NCBI GenBank assembly: GCA_029879725.1 | Contig: JAOUPR010000001.1 | Span: 3,324-67,323 of the forward strand | Length of the DNA: 64,000 bases | From: Gemmatimonadota bacterium | GTDB taxonomy: Bacteria; Gemmatimonadota; Gemmatimonadetes; Longimicrobiales; Gaopeijiaceae | Direction: 5' to 3' | Shown: in pieces, positions 54,609-63,346 of the stretch | Position numbering within the stretch: the stretch's first letter is position 1 | Layout of the letters: each line of letters starts with the position of its first letter | Made by a program: the position numbers and the translations under genes | Notes under the pieces: model-generated | Seen by the model: only the letters and a program-made list of their open reading frames with translations | Databases searched by the model: none | What the model was told of the DNA's origin: nothing

Positions 54609-56462
54609 GTGGAGGACCTCATCGGCACTCACTCCGACCGGCGTTGGTGGGCCCCGTGCGACCGGGCCTGCATCGCCACGCTCGCCATCCTGGCCCTGGC
54701 CACCTCCCCTGGAGGGATATCGGGCCAGGAGCCTTCCGCCCGATCCTGTCCTGCCGAGGAACGGATTGCCGCCATCCGTATTGAAAATCACGACATCTTC
54801 GGTCCGGAGGAAGTCGCCGGGGGCGGAGCGGCCCGTTGGGCGTATCGATTGGCCAACACCCTCCACGTGCGGACACGCGAAAGCTTCATCCGGGGTGAGC
54901 TGCTCTTTTCGGAGGGAGACTGCCTGGATCCGCTCCTTCTCGAAGAGACGGGGCGCATCCTGCGGGAGTACCGCTTCATCGGACAGGCCGAGGTGACCGT
55001 CGAAACCGACGCCGCGGGCGCGAAGACCGTGGTGGTGCGTACCCAGGACCGTTGGACCACCCAGGTGAACCTGGGCGTGTCCGTGGACGCCGGCTTCCAG
55101 CTCGAACGCTTCGACGTCATCGAGCGGAACTTCCTGGGGCGGGGGATCCTGGCCGGCTTCTTCATGAAGCGCCGTAACGAACAGCGCGACGCCGGCGGAC
55201 GACTCGAGCTCCCCCGGCTCTTCGGGACCCGCACCGACGCGCGCTTCTCGGGGGGACGCACCCGTGTCGGACACTTCGCGGAAGAGTCGGTGGCCTACCC
55301 CTTCGTGGGGGAAGTGGGCCGATTCGCCGCCCGTCAGAGCTACTACCGCCGAGACGAGCCCTTCCAGTACTCCGCCGCGGACGCCGGGGGGTTCAGCCAC
55401 GTCCTCCTCCCATTCCTGGACGAGAGGTTCGAGGCCTCGGCGGCCCGGCGGTTCGGCGCGCCCGGGCGATACACTCTGCTGGGATTCGGAGTGTCGCGGG
55501 AGCGCGTGTCGTTCTCCCGCTACCCCACCGAAGTCGAGGGCGTGGTGGATGGCGCCTTCGGGCAGACCGTGGGAGTGCCGGATTCGGTGTCGGGGGCGCT
55601 GGCCGGGCAACTCCGCACGACGTCCGCCACTCGCGTGAACCTCCTCCTCGGCATGCGGCGGATCCGGTGGTTGAGGGTCGAGGGACTGGACAACCTGGCC
55701 GGAGACCAGGACGTCCGGCTGGGAACGGAGCTCGGCCTCACGGTGGGGAAGAGCGCGGGGATCCTCCCCGCGGACGGGGTCACCCCGGATGCCGACGTGT
55801 ACACCCGCGCCCGAGGGTTCTTCGGAGCGAATCCGGGCCACTCGTACGTCTTCCTCGACCTCGCCGGCGAAGGCCGACGCGTGCTTTCCGCCCAGGGCAT
55901 CGATCCGGGGTGGCACGACGTGACGGCGGAAGCCGACGCCTACGCGTACCTGCGGTGGAAGGACGGACCGGGCCAGACCATCCTGCTCCGCGCCTCCGCC
56001 GCCGGAGGGTGGACCATGGCAGCCCCGTTTCAACTCACCCTCGGTGGTCGGAACGGGGTACGCGGCTTCCGCGAGGAGGAGTTTCCCGGCGCGGCACGGG
56101 TCATCCTCACGGCCGAGGACCGCATCCTCCTTCCCTGGCCCTCCACCCGTTCCGTCGCGCTGGGGCTGACGCTGTTCGCCGACGCGGGACGGATGTGGGC
56201 GGGGGATGTACCTTTCGGTGCCGACTCGGGATGGGTGGGAAGCGCGGGATTCGGTCTCCGGATGGGACTCCCCGCCGGAAGCCGGGCCTCCGCCCGCTTC
56301 GATCTGGCCTATCCGCTGGGACCGGCGGCCAATGGGGGCCCGGTCTTCCGGGTGACCATGAGGGAACTCCTGGGCGTGGAGCCCGGTGTGAAGGACCTTC
56401 AGATGGAGCGGAGCCGTCGCATGCAGGTGGGACCTGACTTCTTCACGCAGGAAGGGCGATAG
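54609..56462 (+). CDS. Omp85-superfamily (BamA/TamA- or FhaC-like) outer-membrane protein with POTRA-like N-domain; start uncertain
   Basis: ORF 54537..56462 (its GTG overlaps the AAGGAGG box, so an in-frame GTG at 54609 preceding the signal-like RRWWAPCDRACIATLAILALA is preferred); POTRA-like block IENHDIFGPEEV...LLFSEGDCLDPLLLEETGRILREYRFIGQAEVTVE; Gly-rich beta-barrel C-domain. Confidence 0.5.
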   Translation: MEDLIGTHSDRRWWAPCDRACIATLAILALATSPGGISGQEPSARSCPAEERIAAIRIENHDIFGPEEVAGGGAARWAYRLANTLHVRTRESFIRGELLFSEGDCLDPLLLEETGRILREYRFIGQAEVTVETDAAGAKTVVVRTQDRWTTQVNLGVSVDAGFQLERFDVIERNFLGRGILAGFFMKRRNEQRDAGGRLELPRLFGTRTDARFSGGRTRVGHFAEESVAYPFVGEVGRFAARQSYYRRDEPFQYSAADAGGFSHVLLPFLDERFEASAARRFGAPGRYTLLGFGVSRERVSFSRYPTEVEGVVDGAFGQTVGVPDSVSGALAGQLRTTSATRVNLLLGMRRIRWLRVEGLDNLAGDQDVRLGTELGLTVGKSAGILPADGVTPDADVYTRARGFFGANPGHSYVFLDLAGEGRRVLSAQGIDPGWHDVTAEADAYAYLRWKDGPGQTILLRASAAGGWTMAAPFQLTLGGRNGVRGFREEEFPGAARVILTAEDRILLPWPSTRSVALGLTLFADAGRMWAGDVPFGADSGWVGSAGFGLRMGLPAGSRASARFDLAYPLGPAANGGPVFRVTMRELLGVEPGVKDLQMERSRRMQVGPDFFTQEGR

Positions 56463-56478
56463 GGGGCGGCCGAACGGA

Positions 56479-57411
56479 ATGGAGAACTCCCTGACCGACC
56501 GGGATCGGGCGATCCGGCGCGTACTCTGGATCGTCTTCTACATGAACGTGGCCATCCTGGCCGTGAAGATCTTCGTGTGGATGTTCTCCCATGCGCTCTC
56601 CGTGGCGGCCGAGGCCACCCATTCATCCCTCGATGCCGTCAACAACATCTTCGCCCTGACGGTGGCCCGCATGGCCGCGGAAGGGCCCGACGCCGACCAC
56701 CCGTACGGACATCACAAGTTCGAGACGTTGGGAGCTCTGGCCTTGGCCGGAATCCTGTCGGTGACGGTGTACGAGCTGGCCCGATCGGCCGTGCTCCGGC
56801 TCGTTTCCGGGCCGACGGGGGCACTCAACGCCTCACCGGCCATGGTGGCGCTCCTGGCCTTCTCCGCGGTGGCGGGGACCGCCGTGAGCCAGTGGGAGGC
56901 CCGGGAGGCCCACCGCTACCGCGCGGACCTCCTCTTCGCCGACGCTGCCCACACCCGCTCCGACGTCTACGCCACCCTGGCCGTCCTCGCGGGCCTCATC
57001 GCCGTGGGGGCGGGCTATCCCATCGTGGACCCTCTGGTCACCCTGGTCGTGGCCGTGATCATCGCGCGCACCGGATGGCACATCATCAGAGGGACCATCC
57101 CCGTCCTGGTGGACGAGCGTGCCGTGCATCCCGCCACCATCCAGGCCGCGACCCGGGAGGTGGACGGCGTGGAGGCGTGCTACCACATCCGGTCGCGGGG
57201 GCGGCCGGGAGAGATCTTCGCAGAGATCACCATCGCGGTGGATCCGAGCCTCGACGTCATCGCATCCCACGCCATCGCCGATGAAGTGGAGGCCCGGGTG
57301 GGCGCAGCCATCGAGGCACGGGAGGTGGTGGTTCACGTGGAGCCTTCGGGGCCCGTGGACGGAACCGGCGACCCGTCCCATCGGGATGAGACGAAGGAGG
57401 CCGGGGCGTGA
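56479..57411 (+). CDS. Cation diffusion facilitator (CDF) family divalent-metal efflux transporter
   Basis: 310 aa; 6 TM with HSSLDAVNN (TM2) and HTRSDVYAT (TM5) metal-site motifs, C-terminal cytoplasmic domain. Confidence 0.85.
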   Translation: MENSLTDRDRAIRRVLWIVFYMNVAILAVKIFVWMFSHALSVAAEATHSSLDAVNNIFALTVARMAAEGPDADHPYGHHKFETLGALALAGILSVTVYELARSAVLRLVSGPTGALNASPAMVALLAFSAVAGTAVSQWEAREAHRYRADLLFADAAHTRSDVYATLAVLAGLIAVGAGYPIVDPLVTLVVAVIIARTGWHIIRGTIPVLVDERAVHPATIQAATREVDGVEACYHIRSRGRPGEIFAEITIAVDPSLDVIASHAIADEVEARVGAAIEAREVVVHVEPSGPVDGTGDPSHRDETKEAGA

Positions 57412-58700
57412 TACCCGACCCCAGGAGCCGACTGGATCCGCCCCGCCGGGTCGTGATCACCGGGTTGGGGCCCATCACGCCGGCAGGGGTGGGCGTGGAC
57501 GGACTGTGGGAAGGTCTTCGCCGCCTGGAGTCGCCGGTCCGGGAGGTCACCCGCTTCGACGTCTCGGACTTCCGGACCCGCATCGCCGCGGAGCTCACGG
57601 ACTTCGATCCCCAGGACTTCCTCGACGCCAAGCAGATCCGCCGACTGGACCTCTTCGCCCAACTCACCCTGGCCTCGACCCGGATGGCGTTGCGTGACGC
57701 GGGGATCGAGCCGGACGCGGTGGATCCGGCGCGGACCGCGGTCCAGATGGGCTCCGCCATCGGCGGGCTGGCCCATGCCCAACAACAGCTCATCAACTTC
57801 GTCCACGAGGGGCTCCGCGCCGTGGATCCGCGCGTGTCGACCACGGTCTTCGCCGGCGCGGCCAGTTGCCACACCGCCATCGAATTCGGGTTCACCGGCC
57901 CCAACTCCACCAACGCCATGAGCTGCGCCTCGGGCGCCATGGCGGTAGGCGACGCCTTCCGGCTGATTCGCGACGGCGTCTCGGACGTGGCGGTGGCGGG
58001 AGGGGTGGAGGCGCCGCTCGGCCCCCTTTCCTTCGGAGCCTTCGTGGTCATCCGGGCCATGAGTCAGCGCAACGACGACCCGGGGAGCGCGTGCCGGCCC
58101 TTCGACAAGGACCGGGACGGGTTCGTCATGGGCGAAGGAGCGTGCATCATGGTGCTCGAGGCGGAGGAGCACGCCCGGGCGAGGGGAGCCCGGGTCTACG
58201 CCGAGGTGAAGGGGTACGGAGTGACCAACGACGCCTACCACATGGCCGCGCCCCGGCCCGACGGATCGCAGGCAGCGGAGGCCATGCGGCAGGCCATCTC
58301 GTCGGCCGGGATCCAGCCCGCCGACGTGGATCACGTGAATGCCCACGCGTCGTCCACGCCCCTCAACGACTCCACCGAGAGCCTGGCCATCCGCGGGGTC
58401 CTGGGTGATCATGCCGACTCCGTGACCGTGACCGGGACCAAGCCGTATTACGGACACGCTCTGGGAGCGTCCGGCGCCATCGAGTTGGCCATCGTGTGCC
58501 TGAGCATCCAGCGCGGGTGGATACCGCCCACCCTGAACCTCCACGCGGCGGGCGAAGGGTGTGACCTCCCGTATGTGACGGGCCCCGGCGCGCAGCAGGA
58601 GGTGGGCATCGCCCTTTCCAACTCCTTCGGGTTCGGAGGAATCAATGCGGCCCTCGTACTGGCCGCGCCCCGTGATCCTGGCAGGGAGACCGCCTCGTGA
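57408..58700 (+). CDS. Beta-ketoacyl-[ACP] synthase II family (FabF-like KAS)
   Basis: 430 aa; active-site Cys in NAMSCASGA, His in VNAHASSTPLND and KPYYGHALGASGA; GTG start overlaps the CDF stop (GTGA). No acpP/fabG neighbour, so housekeeping fabF symbol not assigned. Confidence 0.85.
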   Translation: MIPDPRSRLDPPRRVVITGLGPITPAGVGVDGLWEGLRRLESPVREVTRFDVSDFRTRIAAELTDFDPQDFLDAKQIRRLDLFAQLTLASTRMALRDAGIEPDAVDPARTAVQMGSAIGGLAHAQQQLINFVHEGLRAVDPRVSTTVFAGAASCHTAIEFGFTGPNSTNAMSCASGAMAVGDAFRLIRDGVSDVAVAGGVEAPLGPLSFGAFVVIRAMSQRNDDPGSACRPFDKDRDGFVMGEGACIMVLEAEEHARARGARVYAEVKGYGVTNDAYHMAAPRPDGSQAAEAMRQAISSAGIQPADVDHVNAHASSTPLNDSTESLAIRGVLGDHADSVTVTGTKPYYGHALGASGAIELAIVCLSIQRGWIPPTLNLHAAGEGCDLPYVTGPGAQQEVGIALSNSFGFGGINAALVLAAPRDPGRETAS

Positions 58701-59716
58701 CGCTGACCGAGCTTTCACCGCACCTCGTGATCCTCCTCCCCCTCGCCCTGGCCGCGGGAGTGGACCTGTACCTCACCCTGTTCATGCTGTGCGCCGCCGC
58801 CATCACGGGGTGGTGGACGACCCCTTTGGCAGGCTCGCTGGGCGACCTGAATTCCACCGCGATCCTCGCCGTGGTCGGGCTCTTCTACCTCTTGGAGTTC
58901 GCCGCCGAGCGCACACCGGGGCGAGCCCTCTTCTGGAACGGATTCCACGCACTGATCCGACCGGTGGCCGGAGCGCTCATCGCCCTTCTGGTGCTGGACC
59001 ACGACCCGGTGGGGGTCCAGATCGTGGGCGCGGTCCTCACCGGCGCCGCCACCTCGCTGGCGCACGCGGTCCGAAGCGGTCGGATGGTGCTGCGCTGGCT
59101 TCTCGAGATCGCCACACCCCGTCGCGACCTCATGGCCCTGCTGGAAGACGTCTCCACGGTGGGGCTGCTCACCCTCGCGCTGGACCTGCCGCTCTGGTCC
59201 CTGGGAGCATCGATCTCGATCACGCTCATCGCCCTGGTGCGGGCCCGGGAGCGGATCAAGGCGTTCGCTTTCGGAGTTCGACTGGGGCACGCCCGCATCT
59301 GGCAGCAATTCACCAGGTCCCGTTGGATGGATCCCGAGGAACTCCCCGGCTGGGTCCTGCACACACTCGAGCCGGACGCGCCCTTCACGGGCGGAGGGCT
59401 TCGCGGCGCCCCCGCGGCGGCCTGGCGGCTTCCCGGGGTGCCTCGGCTGGTCATCGGCTGGGTGGTGGTCCGCGGCGACACCACGGTGTTCGTGTTCCGG
59501 GCCGGCAGGAAGATCCGTATGCTCGAGCTCGGGTCGCTTCAGGAAGTGGGCGCCCAGCAGATGGACTTCTACCGTCAGGTCACCCTGGAAGTACCAGGCC
59601 AGGACGGACGTGCGGAGTTCTTCTTCGGTCTGGGCGGACCGGGGGTGGAGAGCCTGCGGGCGGTGTTTCTCGGCCACGGCGCGAAGGTGAGCGGGACTAC
59701 TTCCGCCCCTTTGTAG
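58697..59716 (+). CDS. DUF4126-family membrane protein with C-terminal soluble extension
   Basis: 339 aa; GTG start overlaps the KAS stop (GTGA); N-terminal ~200 aa has 5-6 TM helices; C-terminal ~130 aa soluble. Confidence 0.6.
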   Translation: MTLTELSPHLVILLPLALAAGVDLYLTLFMLCAAAITGWWTTPLAGSLGDLNSTAILAVVGLFYLLEFAAERTPGRALFWNGFHALIRPVAGALIALLVLDHDPVGVQIVGAVLTGAATSLAHAVRSGRMVLRWLLEIATPRRDLMALLEDVSTVGLLTLALDLPLWSLGASISITLIALVRARERIKAFAFGVRLGHARIWQQFTRSRWMDPEELPGWVLHTLEPDAPFTGGGLRGAPAAAWRLPGVPRLVIGWVVVRGDTTVFVFRAGRKIRMLELGSLQEVGAQQMDFYRQVTLEVPGQDGRAEFFFGLGGPGVESLRAVFLGHGAKVSGTTSAPL

Positions 59717-59765
59717 GACGAAACCCTTTGACCGAGGAAACACCCTTTTATAGCTTGGGAATCGT

Positions 59766-59799
59766 CCTGCCGCCGATATCCATCGGCAGGTTTTTTTTT
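59766..59799 (+). terminator. Rho-independent terminator
   Basis: CCTGCCG-ccgatatccat-CGGCAGG hairpin followed directly by T9 (ggcaggtttttttttcgc), 50 nt after the DUF4126 gene stop. Confidence 0.6.
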
Positions 59800-59877
59800 C
59801 GCTCCGGATTCCGGGGCGGGAAAAGCGGGTCGGGATGTGGTCGGCAAGAACCCCAAGCCGAGGAATGACCGAAACGG

Positions 59878-60738
59878 ATGTTCTCAACCTCGCGCGGCCT
59901 CGATTCCTTCGATCAGTATCTGCAGGACGTGGAGAAGTATCCACTGATCCAGGATCCACAGGAAGAAAGGGAGTTGGCTCGACGGGCCCGGCAGGGTGAC
60001 AAGGAAGCTGCCGAGCGCCTGGTCACCGCCAACCTCCGCTTCGTCATCTCCTACGTGAAGAAGTACCAGGGTCGTGGGCTGGGACTCGCGGAACTGGTCT
60101 GTATCGGGAACGAAGGGCTGCTGAAGGCGGTCAAGAAGTTCGATCCCGACAAGGGCGTGAAGTTCATCTCGTACGCCGTATGGTGGATTCGCCAAACGGT
60201 GCTGCAGGCTCTGGCCGAGCAGACGAGATCCGTCCGGATTCCGCTCAACCAGAACTCGAACCTGGCCCGGCTGGCTCGTACCGATACGATGCTCACCCAG
60301 TCGCTGGGGAGATCCCCTACCGACCAGGAGATCGCGGACGAGATGGGTGAGCCCGTGGACACGGTGAGGGCGCTCCGCAGAGTGGCGGCCGCGGAACTGA
60401 GCCTCGACGCCCCCATCGATCGCGGGGATCGCGACAGCGCGTCCTTCGGGGAGCGGTTCGCCGGCGTGGACTCCTCCGACATCGAAGAGGATGTGGAATT
60501 CGCGGCCCGTCGTGAGTTCCTCGAAGGAATGTTCGAGGAGTATCTCACCGAACGGGAGCGCAAGATCCTCTACCTGTACTACGGACTCGACGACGGTGAG
60601 GAGCGGACCCTGGAGGAGATCGGATCGCTTCTCGGAGTGACCCGGGAACGCATCCGCCAGATCCGGAACCGTGCATTCGAGAAGCTCCGTGAGAGCCCTC
60701 ACGGTGACTCTCTCTCCGGTTTCTGGAACGCGAACTGA
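59878..60738 (+). CDS. rpoD: Primary-type RNA polymerase sigma-70 factor, short Bacteroidetes-like form lacking region 1.1
   Basis: 286 aa; near-identical block order to Bacteroidetes SigA: LDKYLQ..., ANLRFV.S..K.YQ..GL.L.DL...GN.GL.KA..KFD...G.KFISYAVWWIRQ..LQALAEQ.R.VR.P, region 4 LEEIG...G.TRERIRQI...A..KLR. Confidence 0.8.
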   Translation: MFSTSRGLDSFDQYLQDVEKYPLIQDPQEERELARRARQGDKEAAERLVTANLRFVISYVKKYQGRGLGLAELVCIGNEGLLKAVKKFDPDKGVKFISYAVWWIRQTVLQALAEQTRSVRIPLNQNSNLARLARTDTMLTQSLGRSPTDQEIADEMGEPVDTVRALRRVAAAELSLDAPIDRGDRDSASFGERFAGVDSSDIEEDVEFAARREFLEGMFEEYLTERERKILYLYYGLDDGEERTLEEIGSLLGVTRERIRQIRNRAFEKLRESPHGDSLSGFWNAN

Positions 60739-60766
60739 CGCTTCCCCGACGACGCGGCGGTTCGGG

Positions 60767-62803
60767 ATGATGCGCAAAGACCCTGTCCATCCGGGCAGGG
60801 TCTTTGCATGGGTGACGGTCCTCTCCGCACTGCTCGCCCCCGCGGCGGCGGCACAGGAGGTGAACTCTTCGGCGGCCCTGGACCTGGTACGGCGAGGCCG
60901 CGACCTGCGACGATCTTCGGTACAGGACTCCACCTTCGGCCGGTACAGCGCCCGGGCCACGGGAAACGTCTACTTCCTCCTCGACCGACCCGACACCGAC
61001 GAGCGGACGCTGGTCAAGGCGGACCAGGTGGCGCTGGACATCTACTGGCGCGCTCCGAACCGGACCCACCAGCGCATCGTCGGGCTCCGGGACCGCAAGA
61101 CGCTTCCCACCAACATCCACTACCACCTGGATCACCTCACCGTGGTCCAGGACGACTTCGGGGACCGCATCCGCCTGGGCGACGGCGACGAGGTATCCTC
61201 CGTTCCGCATCCCCTCGCGCCTGGCGCGGAATCGGTCTACGACTACACCCTCACGGATTCCCTCACCGTGGGATACGGCTCGTCGGGCGAGATCGTGCGG
61301 GTGTACGAGATCGAGGTCCGGCCCCGTGAGATGGATCAGCCGGGATTCCTGGGCTCCATCTACCTGGACCGGGCGTCCGCCGCCGTGGTACGCATGCGGT
61401 TCACCTTCACACCGGCATCGTACATGGACCGGCGCCTCGACTACATCCGGATCTCCCTGGACAACTCCCTCTGGATGGGGCGCCACTGGTTGCCGTACCG
61501 CCAGGAAGTGGAGATCCGGCGGGAGATCCCCGCGCTGGACTTCGTGGCGGGGAGCGTGATCCAGGGCCATTACGAGATCCGAGGCTACGACTTCGACACT
61601 CCGGCGCCGGACCGTTTCTTCCTGGGCCCCGCCGTGTCCATGGCACCCCAACACGAGCGGGATGCCTTCGCGTTCTCCGAAGAGCTCCTGGCGGGGGTGG
61701 AAGGAGGGGGACTCTCCACCCCGGAGGCGCTGGTGGAGGTGCGAGCCCGGCTTTCCGACGTGGCGCGTCGTCGCTACCTGAGCGGGCTGAACCCTCACCG
61801 CCTGTACTTCGAGCGTGCCTCGGAGGTGATCCGGTATGACAGGGCCGAAGGTCTCCATCTGGGAGGCGGTGTACGCTTCCAACCGGCTCCAACCCTGGTG
61901 GCCCGCCTGACCGGCGGGTACGCCTTCGGGGCCGGAGATCCATCGGGGAGGGTGTCCCTCGTCCACGCGGGCGCCACCGGCCCCCAGGCGACCCTGACGG
62001 CGTCGTGGAACCGGATGCGGGACATGGGCCCCCACCCGGGCGCATCTCCCTCGGTGAACACGCTGTCGTCCGTCCTGCTGAGACAGGATTTTCTCGACCC
62101 GTACTTCGTCCGGGGGCTGGAGCTGTCCCTGGCGGGGTCGGGGCGAGCACGCTCGCCCCGCCTGACCGTCCGATGGGAACAACACGCCTCGGCCCGGACG
62201 TGGATGGCCGATCCCGGTTCCTTCAGGCCCCTCGCGCCCGTGGACGAGGGACGCCTCACCGCGCTGGACGGCCGGCTCCCCGTGCACCTCCCCGGAGGGG
62301 GGAAGGGTGACCTGTCGGCCACCCTGGGGCGCATGGAGGGGCGTGCCACCTTCAGGACGGCGGAGGCCCGGGCGTCCTGGGCACACGCCTCCCTGGAGGG
62401 GGGATGGTCCCTTCGCGGGGACGTTTCCGGCGGGATCGCCGGTGGGGGGGTGCCCGCTCAGGCGCTCTTCCTCCTGGGCGGACGAAACACTCTCCCGGGG
62501 CACCCCTACCGCGGAAGCGTGGGGGACGCCTACTGGCTGGTCCGGGGCGAAGCCGGGATCCCCGTGGCGGGCCCGTGGGTCGGGCTACGCACCTTCGCGG
62601 CGCTCGGGCGCACGCACCTGCGTGCCCATGAGCCCCCGGCCGGGTGGACGTCCGTTCCCGCACGAGGCGTGTCCGCCTCGGTGGGCGGCGGAGTCGCGCT
62701 GGGGTGGGACGTCCTCCGCATGGATGTGGCCCGCGGCCTGGGGGCAGGAGGGGGGTGGGAGGCACGCTTCACCGTGAATCCGCGCTTCCATCCCTGGCTC
62801 TGA
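60767..62803 (+). CDS. Hypothetical large exported protein (678 aa)
   Basis: ORF 60671..62803 trimmed to MMRKDPVHPGRVFAWVTVLSALLAPAAAAQ; beta-rich, Gly-rich C-terminal half suggests an outer-membrane/secreted protein; a 652-aa antisense ORF on the minus strand is Arg/Pro/Gly-rich and is rejected. Confidence 0.5.
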   Translation: MMRKDPVHPGRVFAWVTVLSALLAPAAAAQEVNSSAALDLVRRGRDLRRSSVQDSTFGRYSARATGNVYFLLDRPDTDERTLVKADQVALDIYWRAPNRTHQRIVGLRDRKTLPTNIHYHLDHLTVVQDDFGDRIRLGDGDEVSSVPHPLAPGAESVYDYTLTDSLTVGYGSSGEIVRVYEIEVRPREMDQPGFLGSIYLDRASAAVVRMRFTFTPASYMDRRLDYIRISLDNSLWMGRHWLPYRQEVEIRREIPALDFVAGSVIQGHYEIRGYDFDTPAPDRFFLGPAVSMAPQHERDAFAFSEELLAGVEGGGLSTPEALVEVRARLSDVARRRYLSGLNPHRLYFERASEVIRYDRAEGLHLGGGVRFQPAPTLVARLTGGYAFGAGDPSGRVSLVHAGATGPQATLTASWNRMRDMGPHPGASPSVNTLSSVLLRQDFLDPYFVRGLELSLAGSGRARSPRLTVRWEQHASARTWMADPGSFRPLAPVDEGRLTALDGRLPVHLPGGGKGDLSATLGRMEGRATFRTAEARASWAHASLEGGWSLRGDVSGGIAGGGVPAQALFLLGGRNTLPGHPYRGSVGDAYWLVRGEAGIPVAGPWVGLRTFAALGRTHLRAHEPPAGWTSVPARGVSASVGGGVALGWDVLRMDVARGLGAGGGWEARFTVNPRFHPWL

Positions 62804-62872
62804 CCCTTAGGAGACCCATCCCCCGGTCGAGGGGGCGGCCCGAGACGATGCCCGGGCCACCCCGGATCCGGC

Positions 62873-63229
62873 TCAGGCGGCTTCCTCCTCGACGATGCGG
62901 CCACCCGCCGTGAGGAGCACCAACTCACGGACGTGCACGTCGGCGGTGGGGATCACGACCCCGTCCCGCTCGTACGAATCGTACTCCAGCCTCCCCTCGA
63001 CGTAGACGCGGTCGCCGGTGCGCACGTAGTCCTCCACGAACTGGGCCAGCTTGCTCCACAGGGTGAGGCGGTGCCAGTCGGTGCGCTCCTCCCCCTCTCC
63101 GGCGGGGCCCGTGCGGCGGTTCGTGGCCAGGGAGAGGTGCGCCACCTTCGTGCCGTTCTGCGTCTGCTGGATGTCGGGGTCGCGGCCGACGTTCCCCACC
63201 AGGATGATCTTGTTCACCGACCGACTCAT
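62873..63229 (-). CDS. ssb: Single-stranded DNA-binding protein (short form)
   Basis: ORF 62873..63307 trimmed to MSRSVNKIILVGNVGRDPDIQQTQNGTKVAHLSLATN...TDWHRLTLW (GAGGAGAA RBS); OB-fold SSB signature; lacks canonical acidic DDIPF tail (ends EEEAA). Confidence 0.85.
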   Translation of the reverse strand: MSRSVNKIILVGNVGRDPDIQQTQNGTKVAHLSLATNRRTGPAGEGEERTDWHRLTLWSKLAQFVEDYVRTGDRVYVEGRLEYDSYERDGVVIPTADVHVRELVLLTAGGRIVEEEAA

Positions 63230-63346
63230 GGGTTCTCCTCCTGTGATGTTCGCCCTCCACCACCCCCAGCGGGCGCGGTGGACTATCGCTGACATCACCA
63301 GGATCACCCGGCGGCCGGGATCCCTACATGGCCGGGTGGGACGGGT

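Noticed and set aside
54568-54996. 142-aa ORF overlapping the start of the Omp85-like gene
   Set aside because: Different frame from the signal-peptide-bearing ORF; product is Pro/Arg/Ser-rich without features
57408-58700. Assigning the symbol fabF to the KAS II gene
   Set aside because: The catalytic triad is intact. However, the gene is embedded between a CDF transporter and a DUF4126 membrane protein with no acpP/fabG/fabD neighbours, so it may be a paralogue rather than the housekeeping fabF
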